The translations under genes and the position numbers were made by a program. A stretch of 64,000 bases of DNA from Thalia democratica. Taxonomy: Eukaryota. Below the pieces are notes generated by a model. The model saw only the letters and a list, made by a program, of their open reading frames with translations. It ran no database searches and had not been told where the DNA came from. The stretch lies in NCBI GenBank assembly GCA_965202585.1, contig OZ241828.1:32860001-32924000 (forward strand), given 5' to 3'. This document shows, one piece after another, positions 26,794-38,823 of the stretch (within the stretch, counting starts at the first letter, position 1; every line of letters begins with the position of its first letter).

Positions 26794-29250
26794 TAAAGAG
26801 AGATCAGTGTGAAACTTTGTAACTATGTATTACAGTGAACTTGCTTCGCTAGGATCTCCATGAGCTAACGATTAATTTTTATTACTTGAAAATAGTAAAA
26901 TTTTATGTTCGAAGAATGAAAAAGGTCTGAAGCTTGTTTCTGCATAAAACTGCTTATTTTAAAGTAAATAATAAACATATCCTAAGTTTTATCAAAGTTC
27001 AGTCTCAGTATTTGAAAACCTTCTGGTAAAAAATGTATAAAAAAGCAGGTGAAATGAATAAAGCTAAAACTTAATGTAAAAGTTAGCATTAACGAACAGA
27101 ATGAAAGGTTTCCCAGAGAAGATTAAAGAAGATAAACTTCACAGTTTCACCAAAGTACGCAACATGTATTGATCTTATTGACAGAAAATAAATAAAAATA
27201 CTATTGTAAATCTCTTTCCTGACTTGACTATCAAGTTTTATGCAATAAAAGTATATCAAGAATTAAAAGTTTCTATTTCTAAAAGTAGAACCAAGTATAA
27301 AAACTTTTTCAATCTGAATTTACTTTTATTTGTGAGAGTTTAACATTTAACGTTAAAAAAGATGCATTTGTACGTTTTAAGCATCACTTGGAGTTTTTAT
27401 AGTAGAGCAATGTTTGGACTTTCATAAGTAAATATACCGTTTAAGTACATTTAATTTTTATGCAAAATCAGAGGTAATTTTCCTTCTAAAAACATCTTGA
27501 TATAAATTCTATATTTTTGCTTTCTAGGATAAGTAAAAAGTTACAAAAGCCATTATCCGTTGGTCGTTTTGTACAAATGTAAATTTTTACAGAAATAGTA
27601 AAATAATGCAACAAGTTTGCATGCAAGTTTATGATAAACAAGTTGTTTAGAAAACTGAGTTACAAGTTAAGCTTTTCTATAGTTACGTCACTATCCTACT
27701 TGCAAAATTTTTAATGTAGTAAAAGATTTTAGAATAAATATACTGTATAATTTTTAAAACTTTCTTTTATCTTTATTATTTTTACGAAAAACTATTAAGA
27801 TTAATCTTTAAGTCAGCAGCATTTTGTATGTCAAGGGCAGCAAATAGAGGAAAACGCTTCCGCGGGCCTAAATATTAAAAAAACGTAGTGTTCAATAACA
27901 AAAATCAACTTTAGAAGGTAAGTTTGTTAAAATAAATAACAATAAACAACTAACAATCAATATTTATTAAACTATAAAGTTAATTTAAGTTTTTATGAAA
28001 AATCACAACATTTTTTGTTTAAGTTTAAAGATATATCACGGGTCGCAGTTTGCAAACTCCTATTTTAAGTGTTAGCAGTAACTAACTTTTTTCTAATTGT
28101 GTTTAATACTCTAATAAGTTGTTTAGAAGCAGTTTTGATATTTTCATAAAACTTTTTATCCAAATTTTACAAGTTGAAAGCTAGAAAAAAGTACAACAAG
28201 TTTACTTTGTAATAACAATTTTATACCTTTGTAAAATTATAAAACTTAATTAGTATAAAATAGATCGAACAGTTTATTTAGGTTTTAATCATACAACAAA
28301 AAATAACTTAAAAACAAGTTAACTTTTTTATAATACAGCATTTAAGTTTAATTATCTGTTGCACAGGATTTTATTTACAAGTAAGAATGGCTTAAACTGC
28401 TTTTAAGAACTTAAAATATTTGTAGATGTTCAAAACTATTTCTCTTCAGGTTATTACTGTTTTTAAAAGCTTTCGTTAGCTTTATTAAAATTCAAAATAG
28501 ATAGAAGAAAGTTTTCAAAACTGTATAGCAAATTTGCAAACATAATCTTATAACGACAATGCATTTCTAAAATATACATAATGACATTTCGCTAGCTCAT
28601 TTTCATATGGAAAAGTTAAAGCTTAGCAAAAATGTAACATATTTTACACATAAACAAATTAAACCTTTATTAAAATCAAAGTTATAAAGAGTAGTAGCAG
28701 AAACAAATAAAATTTGAGAAAGAAACTGCTAACTGGAAAGCAACCTATAGTAACCTGGGAAAATAAATAACTAGATTTAGCCTTCTTGCAAGACTATAAA
28801 AGATATTTAATGAGATTTATAAACTATTATAGAAAATGTTTCATTAACATAAATGACGTTAAAGCACTGTTGTAAGTGAATAAATTAATTTTTGTTTGGT
28901 CAAAACACATATTTGTCTTTAAACTTAACTCAAAATTATTTAAAAGATCTTTTAAACTAAATTGATAAATGAGTTTTTGAAATTTTCATGAAAACGCCTT
29001 AGAAATTACTAAAAAAACCTAGATTTAGCAAACTACCGGTACTAACTATAATGTGTGCTTAAATATACATAATGCTATTTAACTTGATATAAACAATACA
29101 GTTTTACCATTGTTTACTTATTTAAAAAAAAACTTTTTTTTAATGTTTTTATGTAACTACAATAATCAAATCTGTAAGCTGATTCGTAAATAAGTTATAT
29201 CATACAACTTTATATGTACTTTTTATATTTATTTTTATTTTATCATTTAA

Positions 29251-29959
29251 GGCCATAAGAGGAGGGGGGAGGTTAGCCATGCTTTTTACTAGTTGATGTT
29301 ATGTTATAGAGTTTTTCAAAGCTTCAAGTTACTTTATACAGTTTTAAAAGTTTTGAACTATTTTTTGAGATATGACAAGTCAGATTCAAACGGCATAATA
29401 AGTTACCTATGGCGATGGGAAACTATCTAAGCCAAAAAAGACTATCTTATATAAAATCTATCTGCTCCTACATTTTTTAAGCAATCTTCTTCAAACTTTT
29501 ACAGTCTGATCTTTATAATAACAAAAAAAAAAAAACAATGTTTCTGATTTTAAAAATTTAAAGTTAAAAAATTCTTTTTTTCGTTTTTTGTCATAAAATT
29601 ATGATTTTCTTAATTATTAAAATTCAGAAATTATATCATTCAATTTTTGAAGTTATTGAAAAGTACAGTCTTTTTTCATTATAATACAAGGAACACTTCC
29701 AGAAAATTTAAAGAAAGTTACTTCAAAATGAAGGAGAGATTGGTTATTAGTCATTTTAAAAATTTCCGGGCAAGTTGACTTTAAAAAATTTGCTGTTCAT
29801 ACATTTGTATGCAAAAATTTTTACAAAAAATAAAATATATCAAAACTTAAATCATATTTTTAAATTCTATAAAAACTGCCTTGTAGTTTGTAGTTAAAGC
29901 TTTCATATATAAGCCAAAGTTAACTTTTTAAAAAAGTGTTGGACCCCACCAATATGGCC
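29251..29959. mobile_element. Kolobok-like non-autonomous DNA transposon
   Basis: TTAA|GGCCATA ... TATGGCC|TTAA. A TTAA TSD with 5'-RR termini is the Kolobok signature. The TIR is short. Confidence 0.65.
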
Positions 29960-30743
29960 TTAACTTAGGGTTTCTAAAACTCATTTTCTTAATTTTCTCT
30001 TTTGCAAATACTTCACGTAAAGTACCCAACTTCCCTTTATTAGATCTCGCCTGTAGTATCAAGTTAATCAGCAATGTATTTTTATGCCTTCCACTATTAA
30101 TTGCCCACTTTATAAAAGTTTGGTTTATTTCACATCCTTTGGTTTAGATATTTAAAAGTAAACTAAAAATGATAAGTTAGAAAAATAACCAAAAATTAAA
30201 ATGTATGAATGTACTAAATTTTAAAATGGCCCCCTTTTGGTAGTTATTTTAGATATTGCCTCTTGAATTTCTAAATTCAAACAAAAAGCTATTCAATTAA
30301 AACTAAAAAGGCTGTTATCTCTATAAAAAAATCACTATTTCAAATCCTTAATTATATTCTTGTATGTTAGAAAAAGTTATAAAAGTGTAACAATATATAA
30401 ATAAAAATTTGTAGCAACTTGTAACGCTATACTATTTTTGATTAAGTTTAAAATAAAACAAATACTGCTGGAAAAATTTAGAATGGTAAATTTAAATTTT
30501 TAATAGAAAAAATAAACTTTTCATAACAATTAGTTGCTATTTATCACTAATTTTCTTTTTTGCTATATCTATTACTATTTAAAAATGCTTACTACTAATG
30601 ATTACTAAATATAATTTGTAATATTTAATTTTTTTTTGATCATTTTCATCAGTACTTGATGATCTTCTTTTAGCAGTAAAACATACTTAACTCAAACCTA
30701 CATGTGTTTTACTTAAAACAATGGCATGTTGTCAGTAAAGTTT

Positions 30744-30805
30744 TTAGCTTACTGAGGAGCATATGGGGTTTTATATTTCATACACGAAATGGTCGTCTAA
30801 ACTAA
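30744..30805 (+). ncRNA. Type I hammerhead ribozyme, copy 1
   Basis: Stem I TTAGCTTA / TAAACTAA (7/8). Core CTGAGGA (30752-58). Stem II G-CATATGGGG..TTTCATACA-C. GAAA (30786-89). Short stem III. GTC cleavage triplet (30795-97). Confidence 0.8.
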
Positions 30806-31525
30806 TGTTTTTATATAACTAAATAAATATTTAGCTGCAATTAATTTGTCGAGCATTAACGACCAGAAGTTTATATAAAATGTATCTTATATATTCCATG
30901 TATTCTTATGCCATTGTATCTTTGTTTAGCAAAGTTTGATTTATTTCAAGTCTAAAGCTAATAATTTAAAGGAATTTATTGTTTTTTTATGAACCATATG
31001 ATCTGTTATTTAATTAATAAAATAATTAATTTAATTTTCATAATAAATTATATACATATATAAAATAATTTGACTATTTAAATTTGATCACTTTTCACAG
31101 AGCCTACTCACTTGAAGGGCTTTTAAATAATTTTTAGGAAAACTCATTTTTATAAGACCATAAGATACGTTATATAATAACAAATAAATTGTCTAAATTT
31201 GTCTTACATTGTGCTTATTTTTTTGTTTTTATGAAACTATATTCTAGTTTGTATTTTGAAATCATATCTTAATAAAACACTTACTTTAAATATTAATATA
31301 TCTTTATATATATACAATAATTATATAAAATAATTTTTAGTATACTTATATTTTCACCTAGTACGGTTTAAAATGAATAACATTTGGCTGAAAAATGATA
31401 CAAAAGTTGTAAAAAAAAATTACTATATATAAATTGTCATATTATTAGACTTTTTAAAAGATTCTGGTCGATAGTGCTCGACAAGTTATAATGAAGCTAA
31501 ATATCTATTTGATTATATAAAAACA

Positions 31526-31589
31526 ACAAGTTTATACAACCATTTCGTATATGAGATGTATAACCTTATGTACTCAACAGTAAAGCTAA
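31526..31589 (-). ncRNA. Type I hammerhead ribozyme, copy 2 (core mutated)
   Basis: Minus strand reads ttagcttta-CTGTTGA-GTACATAAG..CTCATATAC-GAAAT-GGTT-GTA-taaac. The A6 to T change in the core is probably inactivating. Confidence 0.7.
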
Positions 31590-31773
31590 AATTAATTAAC
31601 CAAGTTTAAGAGAACTTTTGAATTTGAAAGTCTTCAATAAAGCTTTAATAAAAAAAAAATTGTAGAAAATTAGAACTGAAATTTTTTACAGATATTACGG
31701 CGCAGTAATAAAGAAGGCTTTTGTGCAGTAAGTTATGTTTTAAAATCATGCTGCTTTTGTTATTGGTTTAAGA

Positions 31774-32083
31774 CAGGGGTCGGCAGCCTTATGTAACTCG
31801 GGGGCCAATTTTTCTAGCAGCAAATTGCTCGCGGGCAGCACTATTTAGAAAAAAGCCTTTGAGGGCCGCAAGAATTTAAAAAAAAATCTAATAATCAGTA
31901 GAAAATTATTATTTAAGATCAAAAACATGACGAATTAAGCAATATTAATGCACTAATATGGAAAAACTGTTGAATTAACAGCCTAACAGTAAGTTTTTGT
32001 TACAAAATCTTAAAATTTTACTATTTTAAACATGTATACTTTTACTGAAAAGTATCTCGCGGGCTGCAGTTTGCCGACCCCTG
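31774..32083. mobile_element. hAT/Charlie-type MITE
   Basis: CAGGGGTCGGCA ... TGCCGACCCCTG with gggcc/gggc subterminal motifs. The 8-bp flanks GTTTAAGA / GTTCGAGA match at 6/8. Confidence 0.9.
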
Positions 32084-32239
32084 GTTCGAGAACTCGTGCA
32101 TTTTTACAGGTAATCCGTTTTTAAAATATTTTGAAAGTCTTGAAACAAATGGTTATTTAAAAAATATTTTATTTTACCTGCTCGAGTGCGTGTCTTAATT
32201 TTATAACTTTATTTTGATTTGAGTTTTATTAGGTTTAAT

Positions 32240-33300
32240 TTAGCTAAAAAAAGAATTTTTGGTGGTACATTTTGTCTTTCGGTTTTTTGTTAAGTGTTAT
32301 AGTTTTGTCTGATTTATCAATTTCGATTTTTTAAGTTACAAAGTTTGCAGCCGAATGTAGTATCAAATTTTAAATTTGTCTTGTTTATTATTTTATAAAT
32401 AAATTTATAGTATTTGTTGTTTTCTTTTTAAATCCCAATAATAGTTTGTCAGTTCTGTTCAATGTATTTTGTTAAAAATTTTGAATTAAGATTTGTGATT
32501 CTTAAATCTGAGTTTAAAACTTTTTCCTATAGAGCTAACGTACTGTTTGATGACTTCATTGGATAATACTTTGTAACAAATATGCCCTTTGTTAAAAAGT
32601 TGTAAATTAGTATTGGCTATTTTCGTTATGTGTTGGCGATTTTTTTTTTTGAACATAAGTATTGATGATGTTATCAGTTTTTGTACAAATTTTGTACATT
32701 TCTTATAAATGGTTCTCACATTGCTGTTAATAATTTAAGATAAAAGAGATTATCTATTTGTTACTCTGTAACAACTGTACTTATTTCTATAAAAGTTACT
32801 CTGCTCTTTATTTGAAAGTATTATTTTAAGACAGGCCAATGGGTTACAACCTTTGCTCTATAGACAATATCTAAAAATTAGACATTAGTTGTTCAAAGAG
32901 TAGAATTATTTGCAGCAATTGCAAGTTTCATCTTTTGTGTAATTTTTTTCGTTTTTATTGTCTTTGTTCAAATTTTTATTGTTGTGTGCTATTATTCTGT
33001 TTCTAAAATTTCTTGTACAACTGTATGATATTTTAATTGTGTCGTGATGGAATATTTTTAAATGAACGGTTTTCTTTGAAGTGTTTGCTAATTATGTTTA
33101 ATAAAAAAAAACGATTTTTAGAACTTATAGTTAAACTAAACGGTAGGTTGCAGATGATGTATCTGTTTTTCTTAAGTCTAACGTTTCTTTTTGATAGAAT
33201 GGTCTTGTCGAATTTTGATTTATCCATATAATTGGCTGAAAATAATGCTATATTCACTTTTAACATTGTTGAAACATTCTTCATTGTAAAAGAGTTTCAT
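32240..33300 (-). mobile_element. Decayed Penelope-like element 3' half (Neptune-like linker plus GIY-YIG endonuclease)
   Basis: Broken translation: YIICNLPFSL...FLLNIISKHF..., TIKISYSCTRN, TCNCCK, IVYRAKVV, SNEVIKQYVSSIGKSFKLRFKNHKS, TELTNYYWDLK, GCKLCNL. Confidence 0.85.
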
Positions 33301-33304
33301 TCAA

Positions 33305-33670
33305 TCACAATGCAATTAAAATATCAACAGTTGTAGAAATAATTTTATAAATAAAATGCAGCACACAAATATAAAATTTTAAACGAAATCAATATAAACG
33401 ATAAAAGTAAGACAATAAATTATGCAACTGCTGCAAAAAACCCTGTCCTTTAAAGCTTAAACAACCAATGCCTATTTTTTTAATTTTATCTGTAGAGAAA
33501 CAGAAACATTCAATAAAGGAACTAAGCGGTACGTAGGATCTACAAGAAATAGTTTTAAAGAAAGGCATAGGGATTCGGCTGCAGATTTTGTAACTTATAA
33601 AAAAGTTGTTAAGTAAGACAAAATTATAACAAAAAAACAAGAAAAGTAAAAAACAAAATATATGCATTCT
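33305..33670 (+). mobile_element. Inverted partial copy of the same PLE 3' region
   Basis: Homologous to the reverse complement of 32250-33050: 'aattaaaatatca', 'tgcaactgctgcaaa', KRYVGSTRNSFKER, 'attcggctgca..tttgtaactta'. It has an internal deletion and lacks the 280-bp insert. Confidence 0.8.
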
Positions 33671-34174
33671 TAATAGAATACTCGTTTGAAATTCTTTAGT
33701 AAATTATTAAGTTTAAACGTAATCATTTTTAATCAAAGTAAAATTAAGCTGAACACAAAAGCAGTTTAAAATAATGTTTTAACATAACCCTTTTCTTCAA
33801 CAATTTACAAAACTTTTAATACGAAATACTAAAACTGATTGAAAAACACAAATTCTTAAACCAGTAACAAAATCAGTGTATTTTAAACTTAACTTACTTC
33901 AAAAAATCTTCATTAATATTATGTCATAATATCTATAATGTTTTTTAAATTCCAAATTTTGCAAAACAGGTTGAACAAACTATAGCTTTTTTGAGGATTA
34001 TATTAAATAGAAATATCTCATATATAAAACAGCTGTATAAAATTGTTGTATTTGATATAATAGATATATATAATATTTATATTATAATATATAACTATTC
34101 GAAACATAAATTTAAGTGTTTGTTGTTTCAACAAGTGAAACAAGTTCACTTGAATTTAATAGAAATAAACTATA

Positions 34175-34373
34175 CAGTAATCTTTCTTTATTGTACTAAC
34201 ATATGTTTTTTGTTTCTTAGTGTTAACAGATTTACACACTTCAACTGGGTTTTGAATGGAAAGGATAACTCTTTCCATTCTTTCCGTTATTCTTTCAATT
34301 CCAAGCCCAGTTGAAGTGTGTAAATCCGTTAACACACAGAAACATATGTTGGTACAATAAAGGAAAATTACTG
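34175..34373. mobile_element. 199-bp Tc1/pogo-type palindromic MITE
   Basis: TA|CAGTAAT ... ATTACTG|TA with ~85-bp near-perfect inverted arms (e.g. GATTTACACACTTCAACTGGG / CCCAGTTGAAGTGTGTAAATC). Confidence 0.9.
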
Positions 34374-34422
34374 TATAATTTTATTATAATATATGTTAAT
34401 TTATATGATTATATAAAAAACA

Positions 34423-34484
34423 ATAGTTCATACGACCGTTTCGTGTATGAGATATATAACCTCATGTAGTCATCAGTAAGCCAA
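34423..34484 (-). ncRNA. Type I hammerhead ribozyme, copy 3
   Basis: Minus strand reads ttggctta-CTGATGA-CTACATGAG..CTCATACAC-GAAAC-GGTC-GTA-tgaact. The core is intact and stem II is partly mispaired. Confidence 0.75.
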
Positions 34485-34750
34485 AGTTTATTTACAATAT
34501 TAAACATAAAATTTAGAACTTGAAAATTTTATAACTTTTATGATGTAGTACTAATGTACAGTCAGTTGATTTTGAAAACATAAACTGATCTTGATAGTTT
34601 AAGAATTTATGCTAACATAACTTTGTTTTTAATTTATCTATTGTTTTAATAATTTTATTTTGTAATTTTTTAAATTTAACTTACTGTACATTATTTTTAG
34701 GTATATAAAAATTATAAATTCAAATTTCTGTTGAACAGTTTAAATAGATT

Positions 34751-34812
34751 TTAGCTTACTGATGACCATATGAGGTTATACATCTCACATGCGAAACCTT
34801 TATATAAACTAT
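34751..34812 (+). ncRNA. Type I hammerhead ribozyme, copy 4 (stem III damaged)
   Basis: ttagctta-CTGATGA-C-CATATGAG..CTCACATG-C-GAAAC-cttt-ATA-taaact. Confidence 0.7.
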
Positions 34813-37800
34813 GGTATTTATATAATCAAAAAAATGTTTAGCTCTATTTCAGTTTATCAATTACTATCGACCAGAACTTTTATAAAATCTTTTAACATAT
34901 ATTTTTTTGTTTTAAAATGATCGTTTTTTCTTCAGCTGGTTCAATATAAAAAAAAAGTTTTTGGTAAACAGAGATGCAAAGATTATCTAATTTATTTGTA
35001 AAACTTTTGCATCTCTGTTTACCAAAGTTTACTTCTCTGACAAAAAAAAAATTCTAGACTTAACTTTTGTATCCATCTTTCAAAAATGTGTGTTTTGAAT
35101 GAAATAAAAATCATTTTTTCAAAGTATGTGTATTTTCTTAATACTGTATTTTAATGGATGATTTTGTTATTTTTATACAAGTTATAAAATATTATAACAA
35201 AAATATTCATTGTAAAATAGTGTTATCGTGTAGATTAGTTTTATGATTTAAAATTCCTAGTTATTCAAAATTAAAATTATTATTAATAAAATAATTATGT
35301 ATGTTTAATTGAACCACTACTTTAAACAAAAACAAAGTTAATAAAATTTTAGTAGAGCCTTGTTTAAAAATTAAAAGAACAAGTTTTAAATGAAAATAGT
35401 TTAGTACACTATTGAAACTGTTTAATCACATAAAATGATCTGTAAAAGTTTTAAATTTTTTAACCAATATAATTTTGTAGTTAAAACAAAAACTAAATGG
35501 TCTTTTATTGGCTAAATCATACTTTTTTTTTATTATGTTAAATGAAATAAATTTTTTCAACATTAATAAATATCAATCTATAAAAAAAAGGTTATAAAAT
35601 TGTAACAGGATATCAAATTGCACTTGATAACTGTTTAAATTTTATGAAAAGTTTTAGGCTAAAATCAATGTTCATTCAAGCATTATTTAGAAAGCTCGCA
35701 AGGCAAGTGTTATACTGTTGCAAGTTTAGATAAGAATTGCAAGAAAACAAAGAGAATATATGAAATTTCTGATGTAATGTTGAATAAAGTTAAGAATATA
35801 GCTATATAAACCAGCCACAAAGAGTGGTTGGGGATTCTAGCCACAGCCTGCTGCAGTAAACATGTTACAAAAAAATGTTACTTTTCATATGAAATTTTGT
35901 TTTAATCTTAAGTAGTTGAATCTAAATTTGTTTAAACATTCTCAATGTATAATTACTTTTAGATTTAGTTTTTGTGTAAAAGTTTTGATCACATTTAATT
36001 TTTTTTTTCTAAATTTGATGTTCTTTATACAATGGCTAGTAGTTGCAATTGTTTTTTAATACAACATGTTCATTCAGAGTCATGCCGAGTTTAATAATGA
36101 GTAACCCTAAGTATTATTTAATATCAGAATTTAGTATAAATTAAATTTATTATTTAAGTTACCTACATCTATAGGTTATAATTGGCATCCTTGGTTAAAG
36201 AATAACCAGTCATTTAGGTAACAGTTAAACATTACCAAAAAATTTTTTTACCCACATAAGTTTTACTAGTATATTCATTTTTTTTTGAGGGAGTATTTAT
36301 AACAATTTTTTCTTACATACCTATATTTTTGTTATATTTGTTAAATAGAGCATTTTATTTAAAGTTATATTTAAAGAATTCCACAGAAAAAATGCATCTA
36401 ATTTTTAAAATCAATACTTACATTTACTATATGCCAATTTAAAAGCCTTTGAGTTTGTACCCATATCCAGAAAGGACAGGGAGTTAGGAAAACCAATAAG
36501 CAACAGTCTCCTATTGAACAAAGTATATAGAGAATAAGTATTGAGTAAGAAGGGTATCAATAGAGTTTAAGTTCTAATAAGTCACAATAAGTTGGTGACG
36601 ATGGTTATACTAAAGTATTCCAAAAAGAGTAATGGCATAAATTAAAGTTTAAGTCACAAAAATGGGTGATAATATATTAGTTTAAGCAAACCAAAAAAGT
36701 ACAAAGACACAAAGCAGAACTGACAAATTTTAAATTCAAAAAGTCAAAACTAAACTGACAATATCAAGTCCATAAAGTCAAAGTAAATCTAACAAACTTA
36801 GTTAAAAAAGTGAAAGTAGTATTAAAAAAAATTAATCAAAAAGTTAAAGTAAAAGTGACAAAGTATAAATATAAATAAGTAACAAAAAGTAGTTACAAAT
36901 TTTCAGTCAAAGTAAGTCTTATTAAATTAAAGCAAAGCTCTAAAATTTTAATAGTATGGTAGAATAGGACAATATTTATAATTAACCAAGACAACAGAGA
37001 CCATAACGTGGTAAAACTTTTTAGATTTTTATCAAAGGGGTTTGCATAGGCATGACAATTAAATGATATTTTTTTGTGTTTTTTAATTGCTGCAATCTAT
37101 ATATTGGGTTGTGGCACATGTTAATATTAATTTAGAAACTAAAACTAACTTTACAAGCTAGGTAAAAACTTTAATGTTATATTTAAATATTAAAAACAAC
37201 AACATTTTAGAACTAGAAGATCATTTATTAAAAATTGGTTTAGTTATTTTAGTAAACATTCTTTTTTTTTAAAGATTAATAGTAGTTTTGAGACTAATTT
37301 TAATTTTGATATGGTATTTTGTTTTTCGTGTTTTAGATTAAAGGGTAGTGTTATGTTTTAAGAAAAAGTCAGATGAGAAGTAGAGCGACAATTCTTTTTT
37401 AAAATATTTTTGAAATCTAAAAGATATCAGATTTGAGATCATAAAAAACTAAAACTATCCTAGGTTTTTTATTAAAAAAAAAAACTATCCTTAGTCAGCC
37501 TGAGTTTAAAAAAAGATTTATAATATCCTACAGTTATTTAAAGTATTTTAAGTCTAAATTACAAAAAAATATTTTTTTATTAAGCCAACACAAACACTTA
37601 AATAACTTAAAACTTCAATCACCCTTTTTTTTAACTTATTTAAAGTAAAAGCTTCAGATTCCAAATAGATTTATTTTGAATGCTTTGCTTTTGATATATG
37701 AAATCTGATATGACTCAGTTGTATACAATTAAAATGTTTTTAATTCTATGAAGCTTAAAAATGATATAAAGCAGTAATCTTTACGGTGAGCTTCTCTTCA

Positions 37801-38823
37801 CACTAGTGTACATATAAATTATTCTACTGTGCACAGAAAAAATTGAAAAATTAACAAAAACATTCAAAATGACGTTTGTTTTGTCTTTATTATAGAAAAA
37901 ATTTAAAATATAAGTTAGTTAGTTCCTATTACATATTTTGTATATTAAGAAACTCAAAACATGAATATATTAGAATTTTTTATAATGAGTTATATTTTTT
38001 TTATATTCTAGTGTGCACAGAATTAAGGTTTAAGTAGTTTGATGTACTCAGATTTTGATAAGGTTGAATACCACTGCTATAAAGTACCTGTATATCAAAA
38101 GTTTTTCTCAGGATTGCAAAACTGAGTATAAATGAAATTGGAAGATATGAAAACACGGTCTTTTAATGCTGAAGAATTGAAAAAAAAAAGTTATTTTTGC
38201 AAAAATGTAATGGTTATTGCATACATACGTATTTAATTCTAAGTACATAGCGATTTTTTGTTTAAGATGATATTTTTTTGTTATTAATACTACTTTGAAT
38301 TAATATTAAGCTTAAGATTAGGTTTATTATGCTCGGTAATCATTTGATTACTTTACATATGTATTTATTAGTTTTGTAACCTAAAGGTAGTTACATTGTT
38401 AATGTAGATATTTTGTGATATGACTCAAAGTCAGAAAAATAATAGAAATCTGTGGTTAACTATGATATTACTTTTTTTTCTCTGATATACCACTTTGCGA
38501 CCTCTTAATAACAACTTTATTTACATTTTAAAACTACAAATTAATAAATACAGTTTACATATTTAAAATCTGCTGTTAAACACAAGCAGTAAAATAACAT
38601 AAATAAGTTTCACATCAAGTCAAGTCATAGTTGTTTACAACAAAGATTTATTAGAATATCTTCTTGATGTCATTTTTAGTTTGAAGTATGTTAAAAGCAT
38701 ATTTTAAAACATAACATCATAAAAAATTTCCGTTTTAAATTTTAAACTGAACTCCTTTAATTTAAATAGAAAAACTTTAGAATTAAATAAAATTGAACAG
38801 AAGTATATTTAAAACATATAGAA

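Larger units (their letters stand above)
23640..28080 (+). repeat. Diverged direct duplication (~1.2 kb; 23640-24870 vs 26980-28080, offset ~3.3 kb)
   Basis: Colinear matches include CAAGTTAAGCTTTTC(G/T)ATAGTTACGTCACTAT at 24306 and 27663 and 'gtgttcaataacaaaa' in both. A degenerate Charlie-type MITE sits at the same relative position in both copies. Confidence 0.8.

Noticed and set aside
30730-34890. Inverted repeats read as DNA-transposon TIRs (CAGTAAG/CTTACTG)
   Set aside because: They are better explained as hammerhead-containing PLE pseudo-LTRs. No TSDs were found, and homology continues past the apparent ends.
35690-36110. Exon-like segments (ESSQGKCYTVASLDKNCKKTKRIYEISD)
   Set aside because: They could not be chained into a consistent gene model and may be UTR or chance.
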